Positions 10,042 through 19,496 of a DNA stretch of 47,999 bases are shown here, in pieces. The stretch lies in contig JBDHHQ010000028.1 of the NCBI GenBank assembly GCA_039589315.1, positions 1 through 47,999 of the forward strand. Reading direction: 5' to 3'. The stretch's first letter is position 1, and the number at the start of each line of letters is the position of its first letter. Under the pieces are notes generated by a model. It had not been told where the DNA came from. It saw nothing but the letters and a program-made list of their open reading frames with translations, and did no database searches. The position numbers and the translations under genes are program-made. The DNA is from Gemmatimonadota bacterium. GTDB lineage: Bacteria > Gemmatimonadota > Gemmatimonadetes > Longimicrobiales > Gaopeijiaceae.

Positions 10042-11157
10042 ATGCGTCGCTCGAGCAGCCTCTCCCCTTTTCTCACGATCCTGGCCTGCACGTTGGCCTG
10101 TGGATCGCCTCCAGCCGTAGGCGGACAGGAGATCTGGCGCACCGACTTCGACAAGAAGACCGTCGACATGAGCGAGGTGGTCTCCGGCGGACCGCCGAAG
10201 GACGGCATCCCAGCCATCGACCTTCCCCGCTTCGTCTCGGTCGAGGATGCCGACGGGTGGATCGGCGACCGGGAGCCGGTAGCCGTCGTTCGCCTGGGTG
10301 ACGAGGTGAAGGCCTACCCGCTGCAGATCCTCATCTATCACGAGATCGTCAACGACGTGGTGGGAGGCGTGCCCGTCTCCGTCACCTACTGCCCGCTCTG
10401 CAATACGACGCTCGCATTCGACCGGCGCTTCGAGGACCGATTGCTGGACTTCGGCACCACGGGCCGGCTGCGCCACTCCGACCTGATCATGTACGACCGT
10501 CAGACCGAGACCTGGTGGCAACAGGCCACGGGGGAGGGGATCATCGGTGAGCACGCCGGGAAGGAGCTCACGTTCGTGCCGTCACCGCTCCTCAGCTGGC
10601 GAGACGTGAAGGCGCAGGCCCCCGGTGCGCGGGTCCTTTCGCGGGAGACGGGCTACGACCGGCCCTATGGCCGGAATCCGTACGCGGGCTACGACACCGG
10701 TGGACCCTTCCCTGCCTATTTCAAGGGCCGGGAAGACGGGAGGCTCCCCATGATGGAGCGGATCGTGGCCCTGCGGGAGGGCGATCGTGCGTGGGCCGTG
10801 CCGTTCTCCGAGTTGCAGGACCACCGAGTAGCCATGCTGGAGCTGGGCGGCCGTGACGTCGCCGTCTTCTGGGCGCCCGGCACCGCCAGCGCCGTGGACG
10901 ACGGACGGATCGAGGACGGGCGTGACGTGGGTTCGAGCGCCGTCTTCGACGCCCGGGTCGACGGGCGAGCGCTGACCTTCGAGCCAGCGGGGGACGGCCG
11001 ATTCCGCGACCGCCAGACCGGGAGCCTCTGGAACATGTCGGGCCAGGCCGTGGCCGGCGACCTCGAGGGCTCGAGCCTCAGCGAGATCGCCCACGGGAAC
11101 CACTTCTGGTTCGCCTGGGCCGCGTTCCTGCCCGACACCGAGGTGTGGACGGGATAG
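10042..11157 (+). CDS. DUF3179 domain-containing lipoprotein
   Basis: SGGPPKDGIPAID, HEIVND, VTYCPLC, MYDRQTETWWQQATG and HFWFAWAAF motifs; lipobox LAC. Confidence 0.88.
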   Translation: MRRSSSLSPFLTILACTLACGSPPAVGGQEIWRTDFDKKTVDMSEVVSGGPPKDGIPAIDLPRFVSVEDADGWIGDREPVAVVRLGDEVKAYPLQILIYHEIVNDVVGGVPVSVTYCPLCNTTLAFDRRFEDRLLDFGTTGRLRHSDLIMYDRQTETWWQQATGEGIIGEHAGKELTFVPSPLLSWRDVKAQAPGARVLSRETGYDRPYGRNPYAGYDTGGPFPAYFKGREDGRLPMMERIVALREGDRAWAVPFSELQDHRVAMLELGGRDVAVFWAPGTASAVDDGRIEDGRDVGSSAVFDARVDGRALTFEPAGDGRFRDRQTGSLWNMSGQAVAGDLEGSSLSEIAHGNHFWFAWAAFLPDTEVWTG

Positions 11158-11236
11158 GGCCCGGCGGGCGCCCGTGGCGGGTGACCCAGGCGTGAGCGGT
11201 CGCGCGCCGGGCCCTCAGGCCGCGCTGAACGCGGCT

Positions 11237-11593
11237 CTATCGCTCCGACCAGACGGCCAGCTCGTTCCCGGCGGGATCCGTGAAGTGGAACCGACGCCCC
11301 CCGGGAAACTCGAAGATGTCCACGGTGACGGTGCCTCCCGCGGCGGTGACATCGGCCTCAGCGCCCTCGAGATCGGTGGCGTAGATCACCACGAGCGGAC
11401 CGCTGCCGCCGGCCGTGTCCGCCTGACGGAACCCTCCGCCCAGGCGACCGTCCTCGAAGCTCATGTACGCGTCGCCCCACATGGTGAACGTCCACCCGAA
11501 CACCCGTTCGTAGAACGCTCTGGTCGCCGCCAGGTCCGATGCCACGAACTCCACGTAGTCGATGCGCCGGTCTTGCTGGGCCTGGTCGCTCAT
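11237..11593 (-). CDS. VOC/glyoxalase family protein
   Basis: IDYVEF, FYERVFGW and FPGGRRFHFTDPAGNELAVWS motifs. Confidence 0.92.
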   Translation of the reverse strand: MSDQAQQDRRIDYVEFVASDLAATRAFYERVFGWTFTMWGDAYMSFEDGRLGGGFRQADTAGGSGPLVVIYATDLEGAEADVTAAGGTVTVDIFEFPGGRRFHFTDPAGNELAVWSER

Positions 11594-11716
11594 GCGAGGG
11601 GTGCGCTCCTTCCCTGACGAGGTGCCGGTCGACGCCGCCGAGGCGGATCTCTATATTGCCCCGCCCTCGAAGCCGGGGCGAGTGTTTGGCCCCGGGACCA
11701 CATCTCCGGAGACCCC

Positions 11717-12667
11717 ATGCGGCGCATCCTCGTCACCGGAGCGGGAGGCCAGATCGGCTCTGAGCTCGTTCCCGCGCTCCGGCAGCGATACGGCACGTCG
11801 GCGGTGCTCGCCACGGATATCAGGGCTGTGACGGACGGGCCTGCGGCCGACGGCCCCTTCCAGGTGCTGGATGCGACCAAGCAGGACAGCCTGGCGGCGG
11901 CCGTGATGCGATTCCGGGCCGACACGATCTACCATCTCGCCGCGATCCTGTCTGCGGTGGGGGAGAAGGACCCCCTGCTGGCGTACCGGATCAACATGGG
12001 AGGGCTGGTAAGCGCGCTGGAGGTCGCACGCACCCACTCCTGCGCGGTATTCCATCCGTCGTCCATCGGCGCCTTCGGTCCGGGCACCCCTCCCGATCCG
12101 GCGCCGCAGGACACCATCCAGCGGCCCACCACGATGTACGGCGTGACCAAGGTGGCCGGCGAGCTCCTCTGCGACTACTACCACCTGCACTACGGTGTGG
12201 ACACCCGGGGCGTCCGCTATCCAGGCCTCATCTCGTACGCCGTCCAGCCGGGCGGTGGGACGACCGACTACGCCGTCGACATCTTCTACCACGCGGTGGA
12301 GGAGGGGCGCTACACCTGCTTCCTGGCTCCCGATACGCAGCTGGACATGATGTACATGCCCGACGCCATCCGGGCGGCGATCGAGGTGATGGAGGCCGAC
12401 CCGGAGCGCCTGAGACACCGCAATGCCTTCAACGTGACCGCCATGCAGTTCACGCCGGAGAGCCTGGCTGCGGAGATTCGCGAGCACATTCCGGACTTCC
12501 AGATCGACTACGACGTGGACCCGGTCCGGGAAGCCATCGCCCAGTCGTGGCCCCGGCGCGTCGACGACACGCCGGCCCGCGAGGAGTGGGACTGGCGACC
12601 CGAGTACGACCTGGCGGCCATGACCGCCGACATGATCGAGCACCTGACCGCTCGCCCGAAGGACTGA
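11717..12667 (+). CDS. L-threonine 3-dehydrogenase (extended SDR type)
   Basis: GAGGQIG Rossmann motif, HLAAILSAVGE, YGVTK and PGGGTTDYAV; adjacent to kbl. Confidence 0.9.
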   Translation: MRRILVTGAGGQIGSELVPALRQRYGTSAVLATDIRAVTDGPAADGPFQVLDATKQDSLAAAVMRFRADTIYHLAAILSAVGEKDPLLAYRINMGGLVSALEVARTHSCAVFHPSSIGAFGPGTPPDPAPQDTIQRPTTMYGVTKVAGELLCDYYHLHYGVDTRGVRYPGLISYAVQPGGGTTDYAVDIFYHAVEEGRYTCFLAPDTQLDMMYMPDAIRAAIEVMEADPERLRHRNAFNVTAMQFTPESLAAEIREHIPDFQIDYDVDPVREAIAQSWPRRVDDTPAREEWDWRPEYDLAAMTADMIEHLTARPKD

Positions 12668-12752
12668 CCAGCCGGTTCGACCTACCACGCTCTGAACGCC
12701 GACGAGACCGAGCGCCGCTCGGTCGCATGGCGAAGAACAAAGGAGAGCCCCG

Positions 12753-13979
12753 ATGCCCATGGATCGCCTGCAAGCAGCTCTCGACGCGCACGTCGCCGGT
12801 CTCGAGGAGGCCGGGACGGCCAAGGGCGCCGAAGCGGTGGTGACCGAGGTTCGTCGGGCATCGGGGGACCGGGGTCCGCGCTTCCTCCTGCAAGGGGAGA
12901 GTGATCGGGAGTTCATCCGCATGAACTCCAACTCCTACCTGGGCCTGGGTCTCCGGCCCGACGTCATCGCCGCCGAGGAGGAGGGGGCACTCGCCTTCGG
13001 CGCCGGCCCTGGCGCCGTCCGCTTCATCAGCGGCACCTACTCGGCCCACCTGGATCTGGAGGTCAAGCTCGCCGAGTTCCACAACCGCGAGGCGGCCATG
13101 GCGTTCTCCTCGGCGTATGCCACGGTGGTCAGCACCGTCGTGCCCCTGGTGACCGCCCAGACGATGCTCGTGAGCGACGAGCTGAACCACAACTGCATCA
13201 TCAACGCCATGCGGCTGGCCCGGCCTGCAGGCAAAGCAGTCTACCCGCACCTCGACATGGCGGCGCTGGACCGTCAGCTCGAGGACGCGAAAGGCCAGGC
13301 CCAACGGGTCCTTGTGGTCACGGACGGGATCTTCTCGATGCGCGGCGACCACGCGCCGCTGGACGAGATCATGGAGATCTGCGGCAAACACGACGGGGGC
13401 TTCGCCGAGAACGTCGTGCTGGTCGTGGACGATTCCCACGGCGTCGGTGCGTTCGGCGCGACGGGTCGCGGGGTGGAGGAGCACACGGACGCGCCTCCTG
13501 CCGACGTCCTGGTGGGTACCCTGGGCAAGGCGTTCGGCGTGAACGGAGGGTACGTCGCCTCGAGCGCCTCGGTGGTTCGGTTCCTGCGGGAGAGCTCGAT
13601 GATGTACATCTACTCGAACCCCATCACCCCGGGCGAGGCACGGGCGGCCCTACGTGCCGTGGAGGTCGTGGACAGCGCCGAGGGGCAGGCGCTGCTGGCG
13701 CGTCTCCGGGACCTCACCAAGCGCTTCGAGGACGGGCTGGGCCGGATCGGGATCGAGACCATCCCCGGCGAGCACCCGGTGGTCCCCCTGATGATCCGGG
13801 ACACGGCCCGCACCCGGGACCTGGTCCAGTACCTCTATGACAACGGGGTCCTGGTGACGGGGCTGGCCTATCCGGTGGTGCCTCGAGGCGACGAGGAGAT
13901 CCGGACCCAGATCAACGCCGACCACACCGAGGCCGACGTCGACGAGGTGCTGGCGCTCCTGGAAGCCTATCCGGGCTAG
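12753..13979 (+). CDS. kbl: 2-amino-3-ketobutyrate CoA ligase (glycine C-acetyltransferase), AOS family PLP enzyme
   Basis: SNSYLGL, VRFISGT, SDELNH, TDGIFSMRGD, DDSHG, GTLGKA (PLP Lys) and YPVVP..IRTQ; operon with threonine dehydrogenase. Confidence 0.85.
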   Translation: MPMDRLQAALDAHVAGLEEAGTAKGAEAVVTEVRRASGDRGPRFLLQGESDREFIRMNSNSYLGLGLRPDVIAAEEEGALAFGAGPGAVRFISGTYSAHLDLEVKLAEFHNREAAMAFSSAYATVVSTVVPLVTAQTMLVSDELNHNCIINAMRLARPAGKAVYPHLDMAALDRQLEDAKGQAQRVLVVTDGIFSMRGDHAPLDEIMEICGKHDGGFAENVVLVVDDSHGVGAFGATGRGVEEHTDAPPADVLVGTLGKAFGVNGGYVASSASVVRFLRESSMMYIYSNPITPGEARAALRAVEVVDSAEGQALLARLRDLTKRFEDGLGRIGIETIPGEHPVVPLMIRDTARTRDLVQYLYDNGVLVTGLAYPVVPRGDEEIRTQINADHTEADVDEVLALLEAYPG

Positions 13980-14171
13980 CGGGTCTCGCACCGGCGGCAG
14001 CGAGCGCCTGCGCGGGGTCACCGGCAGCGAGACTCGCCGGGGGTGAACACTTTTTTCCGGCGGAGCGCGCCCCTATCTGCCGCCCAATCCCACGTCTGCG
14101 TGTCGGCTGCAGCCCCGTAAACGTATCTCCGACATACAAATAAACGCTCTCGTACATTTGCGCCGAGTGCC

Positions 14172-14187
14172 GGGCACGGGCCTTGCC
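14172..14187 (+). promoter_or_regulatory. Candidate sigma54 (-24/-12) promoter GGCACGGGCCTTGC
   Basis: GG-N10-GC spacing with GGCACG and TTGC, matching the RpoN consensus except T->G just before GG. An AT-rich tract lies upstream. Confidence 0.5.
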
Positions 14188-14244
14188 GCCTGCGAGTCAA
14201 CCGTGTGGCGGTCCCCCCAAGGCTCAGACACAGGCAATGGACCC

Positions 14245-15120
14245 TTGAGTGCGTCGGAAACGCCCTACATCTTGAAACCGGACGTCCCGCCGGCTCTGCC
14301 GGCGGAACTCCAGGTGAAGCCCCTGCGGAACACCTCGCTTCCGAACGGCGCCCCGATCTTGAAGGCGCCGGACGCCGCGCTGGACAACCACGTCCGGCAC
14401 GCCCGCGAGCATCTGGATCGTCTTCAGCAGGGCCTGGCCACGGTCCAGGATTCGGGGCAGGTGTTCCTGGCCCGCGACGAGACGGACTTCTTTTGGGAGC
14501 TCATCGGCTTCCGCCTGACCGGTCACCCGGGCCTGATCTTCGGAGCCGTCCGCTTCAGGCGGCACGAGTTCCCCGGCATCGAGCTCGGCCGTGAGTCGCT
14601 GGCGGCCTACCTGTCCGCCCCGTCCGCCTCTGTGGGCCAGCCCGGGCTCGACTCGCCGCCCGGGATGATCCCGGTGTTGCTGCCCCGGGCTCACGAGACG
14701 ATCCCGACCTTCCTGAAGGGCGTCCAGGCCGGGCGCAAGGCGTGCCCCATATTCATGGACCCCAGCACCGTCCGCGTGGCCTTCGATCTGCGGATGTATA
14801 ACCCATCCGGGCTGGACAACTTCCGGCAGCGGGCGGGTCCTTTGCGGAAGCACCTGTTCCGCACGATGGACGGACATGTGTTGGGCGGGTTCTCCCACTC
14901 CACGGCGGACGGACCCAATCGCCGTCGGACGTTTGTTGCGGTGAAGGACGCCGAGCAACTCACGCCCCGAGGACGATTCCGGCTTCCCACGTTGGCCATT
15001 CACCGGTCCTTCCTCACCCTCACCGCCGAAGCCGGCAACAGTGAGGCGGGGCTGGCGGCCCCGCACTGGGTCCCCTTCGTCCCCGCCACCGCCCACACCG
15101 ACCACCTGCTTCTGGGATAG
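14245..15120 (+). CDS. Hypothetical protein
   Basis: ORF 14158..15120 has gene-like codon usage and fills the gap between kbl and PadR. TTG 14245 chosen because it lies downstream of the putative promoter. No family recognised. Confidence 0.6.
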   Translation: MSASETPYILKPDVPPALPAELQVKPLRNTSLPNGAPILKAPDAALDNHVRHAREHLDRLQQGLATVQDSGQVFLARDETDFFWELIGFRLTGHPGLIFGAVRFRRHEFPGIELGRESLAAYLSAPSASVGQPGLDSPPGMIPVLLPRAHETIPTFLKGVQAGRKACPIFMDPSTVRVAFDLRMYNPSGLDNFRQRAGPLRKHLFRTMDGHVLGGFSHSTADGPNRRRTFVAVKDAEQLTPRGRFRLPTLAIHRSFLTLTAEAGNSEAGLAAPHWVPFVPATAHTDHLLLG

Positions 15121-15246
15121 TCGGCTCGTCCCACCGGTCACGAGCCGGCGGGATTGGCGGCTGCGTCCGTCTACGGCGCCATCGCCTCGGGTTCACTCGC
15201 GCCGGTCCGTCCTGACCCGATCACCCTTCCTGGCTCCCCTGCCCAT

Positions 15247-15270
15247 TCGATATGAAACCATATCGATATG
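15247..15270. promoter_or_regulatory. Putative PadR operator (overlapping dyads TCGATATG-N4-CATATCGA and CATATCGATATG)
   Basis: Two perfect overlapping inverted repeats about 65 nt upstream of the PadR start. Confidence 0.6.
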
Positions 15271-15335
15271 GACCCGTAGTGAATTTCGCCCACGCCCGCA
15301 CCGCGGGCACACGTCGACGAACCGGAGACCTGGAG

Positions 15336-15695
15336 ATGGCGCAAGAGTCGAGCTCGCTGCGGGACGACCGGCTGCCCTTGAAGCCTCAGTGGTTCCACAT
15401 CCTCCTGGCCCTGGCGGACGGAGCCCAGCACGGGTACGGCATCCGCTCGAGCGTGGAGGCACGCACCCAAGGGACGGTGCGCCTCTGGCCCGCCACCCTG
15501 TACGGGACCATCCGGCGGCTCAGTGACGAGGGGTTCATCGAGGAGTTGGAAGAGGCCGAGGACCCTGACGACGACGCCAGACGACGGTACTACCGGCTGA
15601 CGCGGGCGGGCCGAGACGTCCTACGCGCCGAAGCCGAGCGGCTCCAGGCGCTCGTCGATGCGGCTCGGGCTACCCGGGCGCTGGAAAACGCGTGA
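15336..15695 (+). CDS. PadR family transcriptional regulator
   Basis: FHILLALADGAQHGYGI, LWPATLYGTIRRL and RRRYYRLT motifs; GGAG RBS before ATG 15336. Confidence 0.92.
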   Translation: MAQESSSLRDDRLPLKPQWFHILLALADGAQHGYGIRSSVEARTQGTVRLWPATLYGTIRRLSDEGFIEELEEAEDPDDDARRRYYRLTRAGRDVLRAEAERLQALVDAARATRALENA

Positions 15696-18433
15696 GCGGC
15701 CCGGAGCGTCCCGGTGCTGGCGAACCCTCGCCGATCCGGCTCTACGCGTGGACGGCGGGTCTACTTCCCCGCGACTACCGGGAGCGCTACCTGGACGAGG
15801 CCGTCGCGGACTTCAGCCGGATCTACGCCGAGGCAGTAACGAAGCGCGGGACGTGGGGGGCGATGTGGGTGGCCGTGCGGGGGCTCCTGGACCTGTGGGC
15901 CCGCATCCCTGCCGAGCACTGGAACCATTGGCGGAGCCGTCGCAGGCGACTCCGTCCCAACGAGCGTCCCCCCACCGGGGGCGGTGGAGGAGTGGAGATG
16001 ATGCGGACCTGGTGGAAGGAGCTGCAGTTGGCCACCCGGGCTCTGGGGCGCCGGCCGGGATTCACTAGCGTGGCCACGTTCACGCTGGCCCTGGGGATCG
16101 GCGCCACGGTGGCCATCTTCACGGTGGTGCACGCCGTGTTGATTCGGCCGCTGCCCTATCCGGACTCGAAAGCCCTGGTGAGCGTGAACCACCACGCGCC
16201 GGGGCTGGACCTGCCCGAGCTGACCAACTCGCCGGGGACCGTGGGGCTGTACCGGACCCAGAGCCGGAGCTTCTCGGGCTTCGCGGTCTACGGGACCGAG
16301 TCACGCAACCTGCTCGTGGGAGACCGGGCAGATCGGGTCCAGGTGACCGCCGCGTCGCCGGAGCTGCTGGATGTGCTGCGCGTCCGACCCGCTCTGGGGC
16401 GTCCGTTCAATCAGGAGGACGCGGCCGAGGGTGCCAACCCCGTGGCCATCCTCACGTGGCCCGCCTGGAGCAGCAGATTCGGCGCCGACCCCGGGATCCT
16501 GGGCCGCTCGATCGAGATGGACGGTGAGACCCTGGAGGTGGTCGGCGTGATGCCCCAAGGCTTCGCGTTTCCGACCCCGGAGCCGATCGCGCTGGTTCCG
16601 GCCTACGTCGACCCTGACGGCGAGTTCGGCCAGTTCGGCCTACGCTCCCTGGCCCGGCTGGCGCCCAGCGTCAGCGTGGACGCCGCCCGACAGGAGGTCA
16701 CCGAGCTGCAGGCGCGCATCCCCGAGCTCTTCCCCGACATCGACGCGGCGTTCCTCGAGCAGGCCGGCTGGAACGCGTCGGTGGAGCGGTACCAGGACCG
16801 GATCGTCGGGGACGTCCGGAGCGCCCTCTGGATCGTCCTGGGGACGGTCGGCTTCCTGCTTCTCATCGCGTGCGCCAACGTGGCCAATTTGTTCCTGGTT
16901 CGGGCGGAGGCCCGGCACAAGGAGCTGGCGGTACGGGCCGCATTGGGCGCGGGACGGGCTCGCCTGGCCGGGGGGTACCTCTCCGAGAGCGTGCTACTGG
17001 GACTGGCCGGGGGCGTCCTGGGCATGGGCCTCGCCGCGCTCGGGGTGAGCGCCCTCGTGGCCAACGGTCCGGCCGAGCTGCCCAGACTCCACGAGGTGCG
17101 GCTGGACGGAACGGTCATCGCTTTCGGCGCCACGATCTCTCTCCTGGCAGGTCTCACCTTCGGCGTACTGCCCATTCTCCGCTACCTGAGCGGCTCGTTC
17201 GCCCGCGTGCTCCGGGACGGGGGACGCGGGACCACAGCGGGACGCGAACGGCACCGGACCCGCAACGCGCTCGTGACCGTGCAGCTGGCGCTGGCCCTGG
17301 TGCTCCTCATGGGCTCGGGCCTCATGCTCCGCAGCTTCGCGGAGCTCAGGGCCGTCGATCCAGGCATCGATGCCGACGGGGTGCTCACCGTGGCCCTCAG
17401 CACCGGCGACGCCCAGGACGACGCCACTCGTGCAGCCTTCTACCAACAGGTCGTCGAAGGCGTGGCGGCGCTCCCCGGCGTGACAGGTGCGGGAGCGGCG
17501 ACGTCCGTCCCGGTGCTGCCCGAAAGCACCAACGGCAGCTCGTTCGACATCGAATCGCGGCCGCGGGAAGACAGCGAGCTGCCTCCCGTGGCCATGTACG
17601 ATGCGGTGGCGCCCGGATATTTCGAAACGATGGGGATTCCCATCAAGGCGGGTCGGTCGGTGGAGCGGGCCGACCACGAAGAGGGCCGCCCGGTCCTGTG
17701 GGTGAGCGAGAGCTTCGCGGCCACTTTCCTGGACGGATCGGCGTTGGGCGAACGGGTCCGCTTCTCGGACCATGAGCCGTGGCTGGAGATCGTCGGCGTG
17801 GTGGGGGACGTCCGGAACTTCGGCCTGAGAGAGGACATCCGCCCGGTGGCCTACTTCCCCATGCGCGTGGAGGGAATCAGCAGACAGGATCTGGCGCGGA
17901 TGATCGTCGTGGCCCGTACCGCCGGCGATCCGGCGGCCCTCGCCCCGAGCCTCCGGCGAGTCGTGACCGGCATCGACCCCCGGGTGCCGCTAACCGACAC
18001 GCGCACGATGAAGGAAGTGGTCTCGGCCTCCATGGCCGAGACGTCCTTCACGATGACGCTCCTGGGCATCGCGGCGGGAGTCGCGCTGCTGCTCGGGGCC
18101 GTAGGGATCTACGGCGTCATCGCCTACGTGGTGAGCCAACGCACCCGCGAGATCGGCGTGCGCATGGCGCTGGGCGCCCGGTCGGGAGACGTCCAGGGAA
18201 TGGTGGTGCGCCAGGGCCTGCGGGTGACGGTGCTGGGGGTGGCGCTCGGGATGATCGGGGCGTTCGCGCTGACGCGTGTGATGGCCACGCTGCTGTTCGG
18301 CGTCTCGGCCACCGATCCGGTCACCTTCGGACTCGTGCCGTTGGTGCTGGCGACCGTGGCCCTTCTGGCCAGCTACCTCCCCGCCCGCCGTGCGTCGCAC
18401 ATCGATCCCACCGAGGCGCTGCGAGCGGAGTGA
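15692..18433 (+). CDS. ADOP-type duplicated MacB/FtsX ABC permease
   Basis: TLALGIGATVAIFTVV, LLIACANVANL, ELAVRAALGA, QRTREIGVRMALGA and PARRASHIDPTEALRAE motifs; GTGA overlap with PadR. Confidence 0.93.
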   Translation: MSGPERPGAGEPSPIRLYAWTAGLLPRDYRERYLDEAVADFSRIYAEAVTKRGTWGAMWVAVRGLLDLWARIPAEHWNHWRSRRRRLRPNERPPTGGGGGVEMMRTWWKELQLATRALGRRPGFTSVATFTLALGIGATVAIFTVVHAVLIRPLPYPDSKALVSVNHHAPGLDLPELTNSPGTVGLYRTQSRSFSGFAVYGTESRNLLVGDRADRVQVTAASPELLDVLRVRPALGRPFNQEDAAEGANPVAILTWPAWSSRFGADPGILGRSIEMDGETLEVVGVMPQGFAFPTPEPIALVPAYVDPDGEFGQFGLRSLARLAPSVSVDAARQEVTELQARIPELFPDIDAAFLEQAGWNASVERYQDRIVGDVRSALWIVLGTVGFLLLIACANVANLFLVRAEARHKELAVRAALGAGRARLAGGYLSESVLLGLAGGVLGMGLAALGVSALVANGPAELPRLHEVRLDGTVIAFGATISLLAGLTFGVLPILRYLSGSFARVLRDGGRGTTAGRERHRTRNALVTVQLALALVLLMGSGLMLRSFAELRAVDPGIDADGVLTVALSTGDAQDDATRAAFYQQVVEGVAALPGVTGAGAATSVPVLPESTNGSSFDIESRPREDSELPPVAMYDAVAPGYFETMGIPIKAGRSVERADHEEGRPVLWVSESFAATFLDGSALGERVRFSDHEPWLEIVGVVGDVRNFGLREDIRPVAYFPMRVEGISRQDLARMIVVARTAGDPAALAPSLRRVVTGIDPRVPLTDTRTMKEVVSASMAETSFTMTLLGIAAGVALLLGAVGIYGVIAYVVSQRTREIGVRMALGARSGDVQGMVVRQGLRVTVLGVALGMIGAFALTRVMATLLFGVSATDPVTFGLVPLVLATVALLASYLPARRASHIDPTEALRAE

Positions 18434-18549
18434 GCGCGTGCGGCTCCCCGGTGGGTGGCGCGCGCCAGCACGGGCACGGCGCGGCAGCCGCGGCACCCTA
18501 CGCCGGCGGACGGAGGACGACGCGGCCGTCCTCCGTCCGCGGCAGCGGG

Positions 18550-18999
18550 CTACCTACGGAAACGGGCCAGCACCATATCCCAGCCGTCGTCGTAGCCGTC
18601 CCGGACGGATGCGCCCCGCTCCCCGAGCCGCTCCCACCCGCTGTGGACCAGCTCCAGCCGGGTCCCGCTTTCCTCAGCGGTGAAGGTCACCTCGACCAAT
18701 TGCCCGTCGTCGGCTTCCCGGCCCGGGTGCCACGTGAACGAGATGCGTCCCGGCGGCTCCCACACGGTCACCCGTCCCCAATCACTGGTGGAGCCGTCGG
18801 TGTGGGTCTCGTAGACCCTTCCTCCCACCTGTCCCTCAAGGACCACGCCCACCGCTTTCTCGAGACCGACGCTGTGGGTGGCCAGCGGCCACCACTCGCT
18901 CATGTCCTCCGTAAACCGCCGGAACGTGGCGTCGATGTCCCACCCTACCTGCACGGTCTTTCGCACCGGCGCCACCACACCCGCTTCCATCCCGCTCAT
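18550..18999 (-). CDS. SRPBCC/AHA1 (START-like) domain protein
   Basis: WWPLATHS, WGRVTVWEPPGRISFTWHP and TRLELVHSGWE motifs; ATGA overlap with ArsR. Confidence 0.88.
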   Translation of the reverse strand: MSGMEAGVVAPVRKTVQVGWDIDATFRRFTEDMSEWWPLATHSVGLEKAVGVVLEGQVGGRVYETHTDGSTSDWGRVTVWEPPGRISFTWHPGREADDGQLVEVTFTAEESGTRLELVHSGWERLGERGASVRDGYDDGWDMVLARFRR

Positions 19000-19295
19000 G
19001 CGCCTTCCTCCTGGGCTGCGAACGCCTGGAGCACGTCGGACCAGAACGAGTCGACGTAAGCCCGGAGCGATTCCAGGCCCGCTACGCTCATGGAGTAGAT
19101 CCGCCTTCGCCCCTCCCGCCGCGCCGCTACCAGCCGGGCCTCGCGCAGCACCTTCAGGTGCTGTGAGACGGCCGGTTGGCTGACGGTCATTCCGGCGGTG
19201 AGCTCGCTCACGGAATGGGGACCGGTCCGGAGCTTCTCGAAGATGGCACGGCGTGTGGGGTCCGAAAGCGCCTCCAGCGTTCGTGCATAAGTCAT
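18996..19295 (-). CDS. ArsR/SmtB family transcriptional regulator
   Basis: ALSDPTRRAI and SQPAVSQHLKVLREARLV motifs. Confidence 0.93.
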   Translation of the reverse strand: MTYARTLEALSDPTRRAIFEKLRTGPHSVSELTAGMTVSQPAVSQHLKVLREARLVAARREGRRRIYSMSVAGLESLRAYVDSFWSDVLQAFAAQEEGA

Positions 19296-19302
19296 GACTT
19301 AT
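19287..19302. promoter_or_regulatory. Putative ArsR autoregulatory operator ATAAGTCATGACTTAT
   Basis: Perfect 16-bp palindrome overlapping the ArsR start codon. Confidence 0.7.
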
Positions 19303-19496
19303 ATAAAGGGGGATGGGCCAGCTCGTCAAGCGATCGTCAGAAGGAACGACGGCGGTGCGTTGCACTCACGACGGCGGTGCGTGGCACTCGTGACCGCGCT
19401 CGGGCCGATCGTGGTGGAGGTGGCGAGCTTGCGCCACCCGAATGGCAAGGCGTTCGAACTGGAAGGTGCGAGATGACGAGGATGGGGGGCAGAGGG

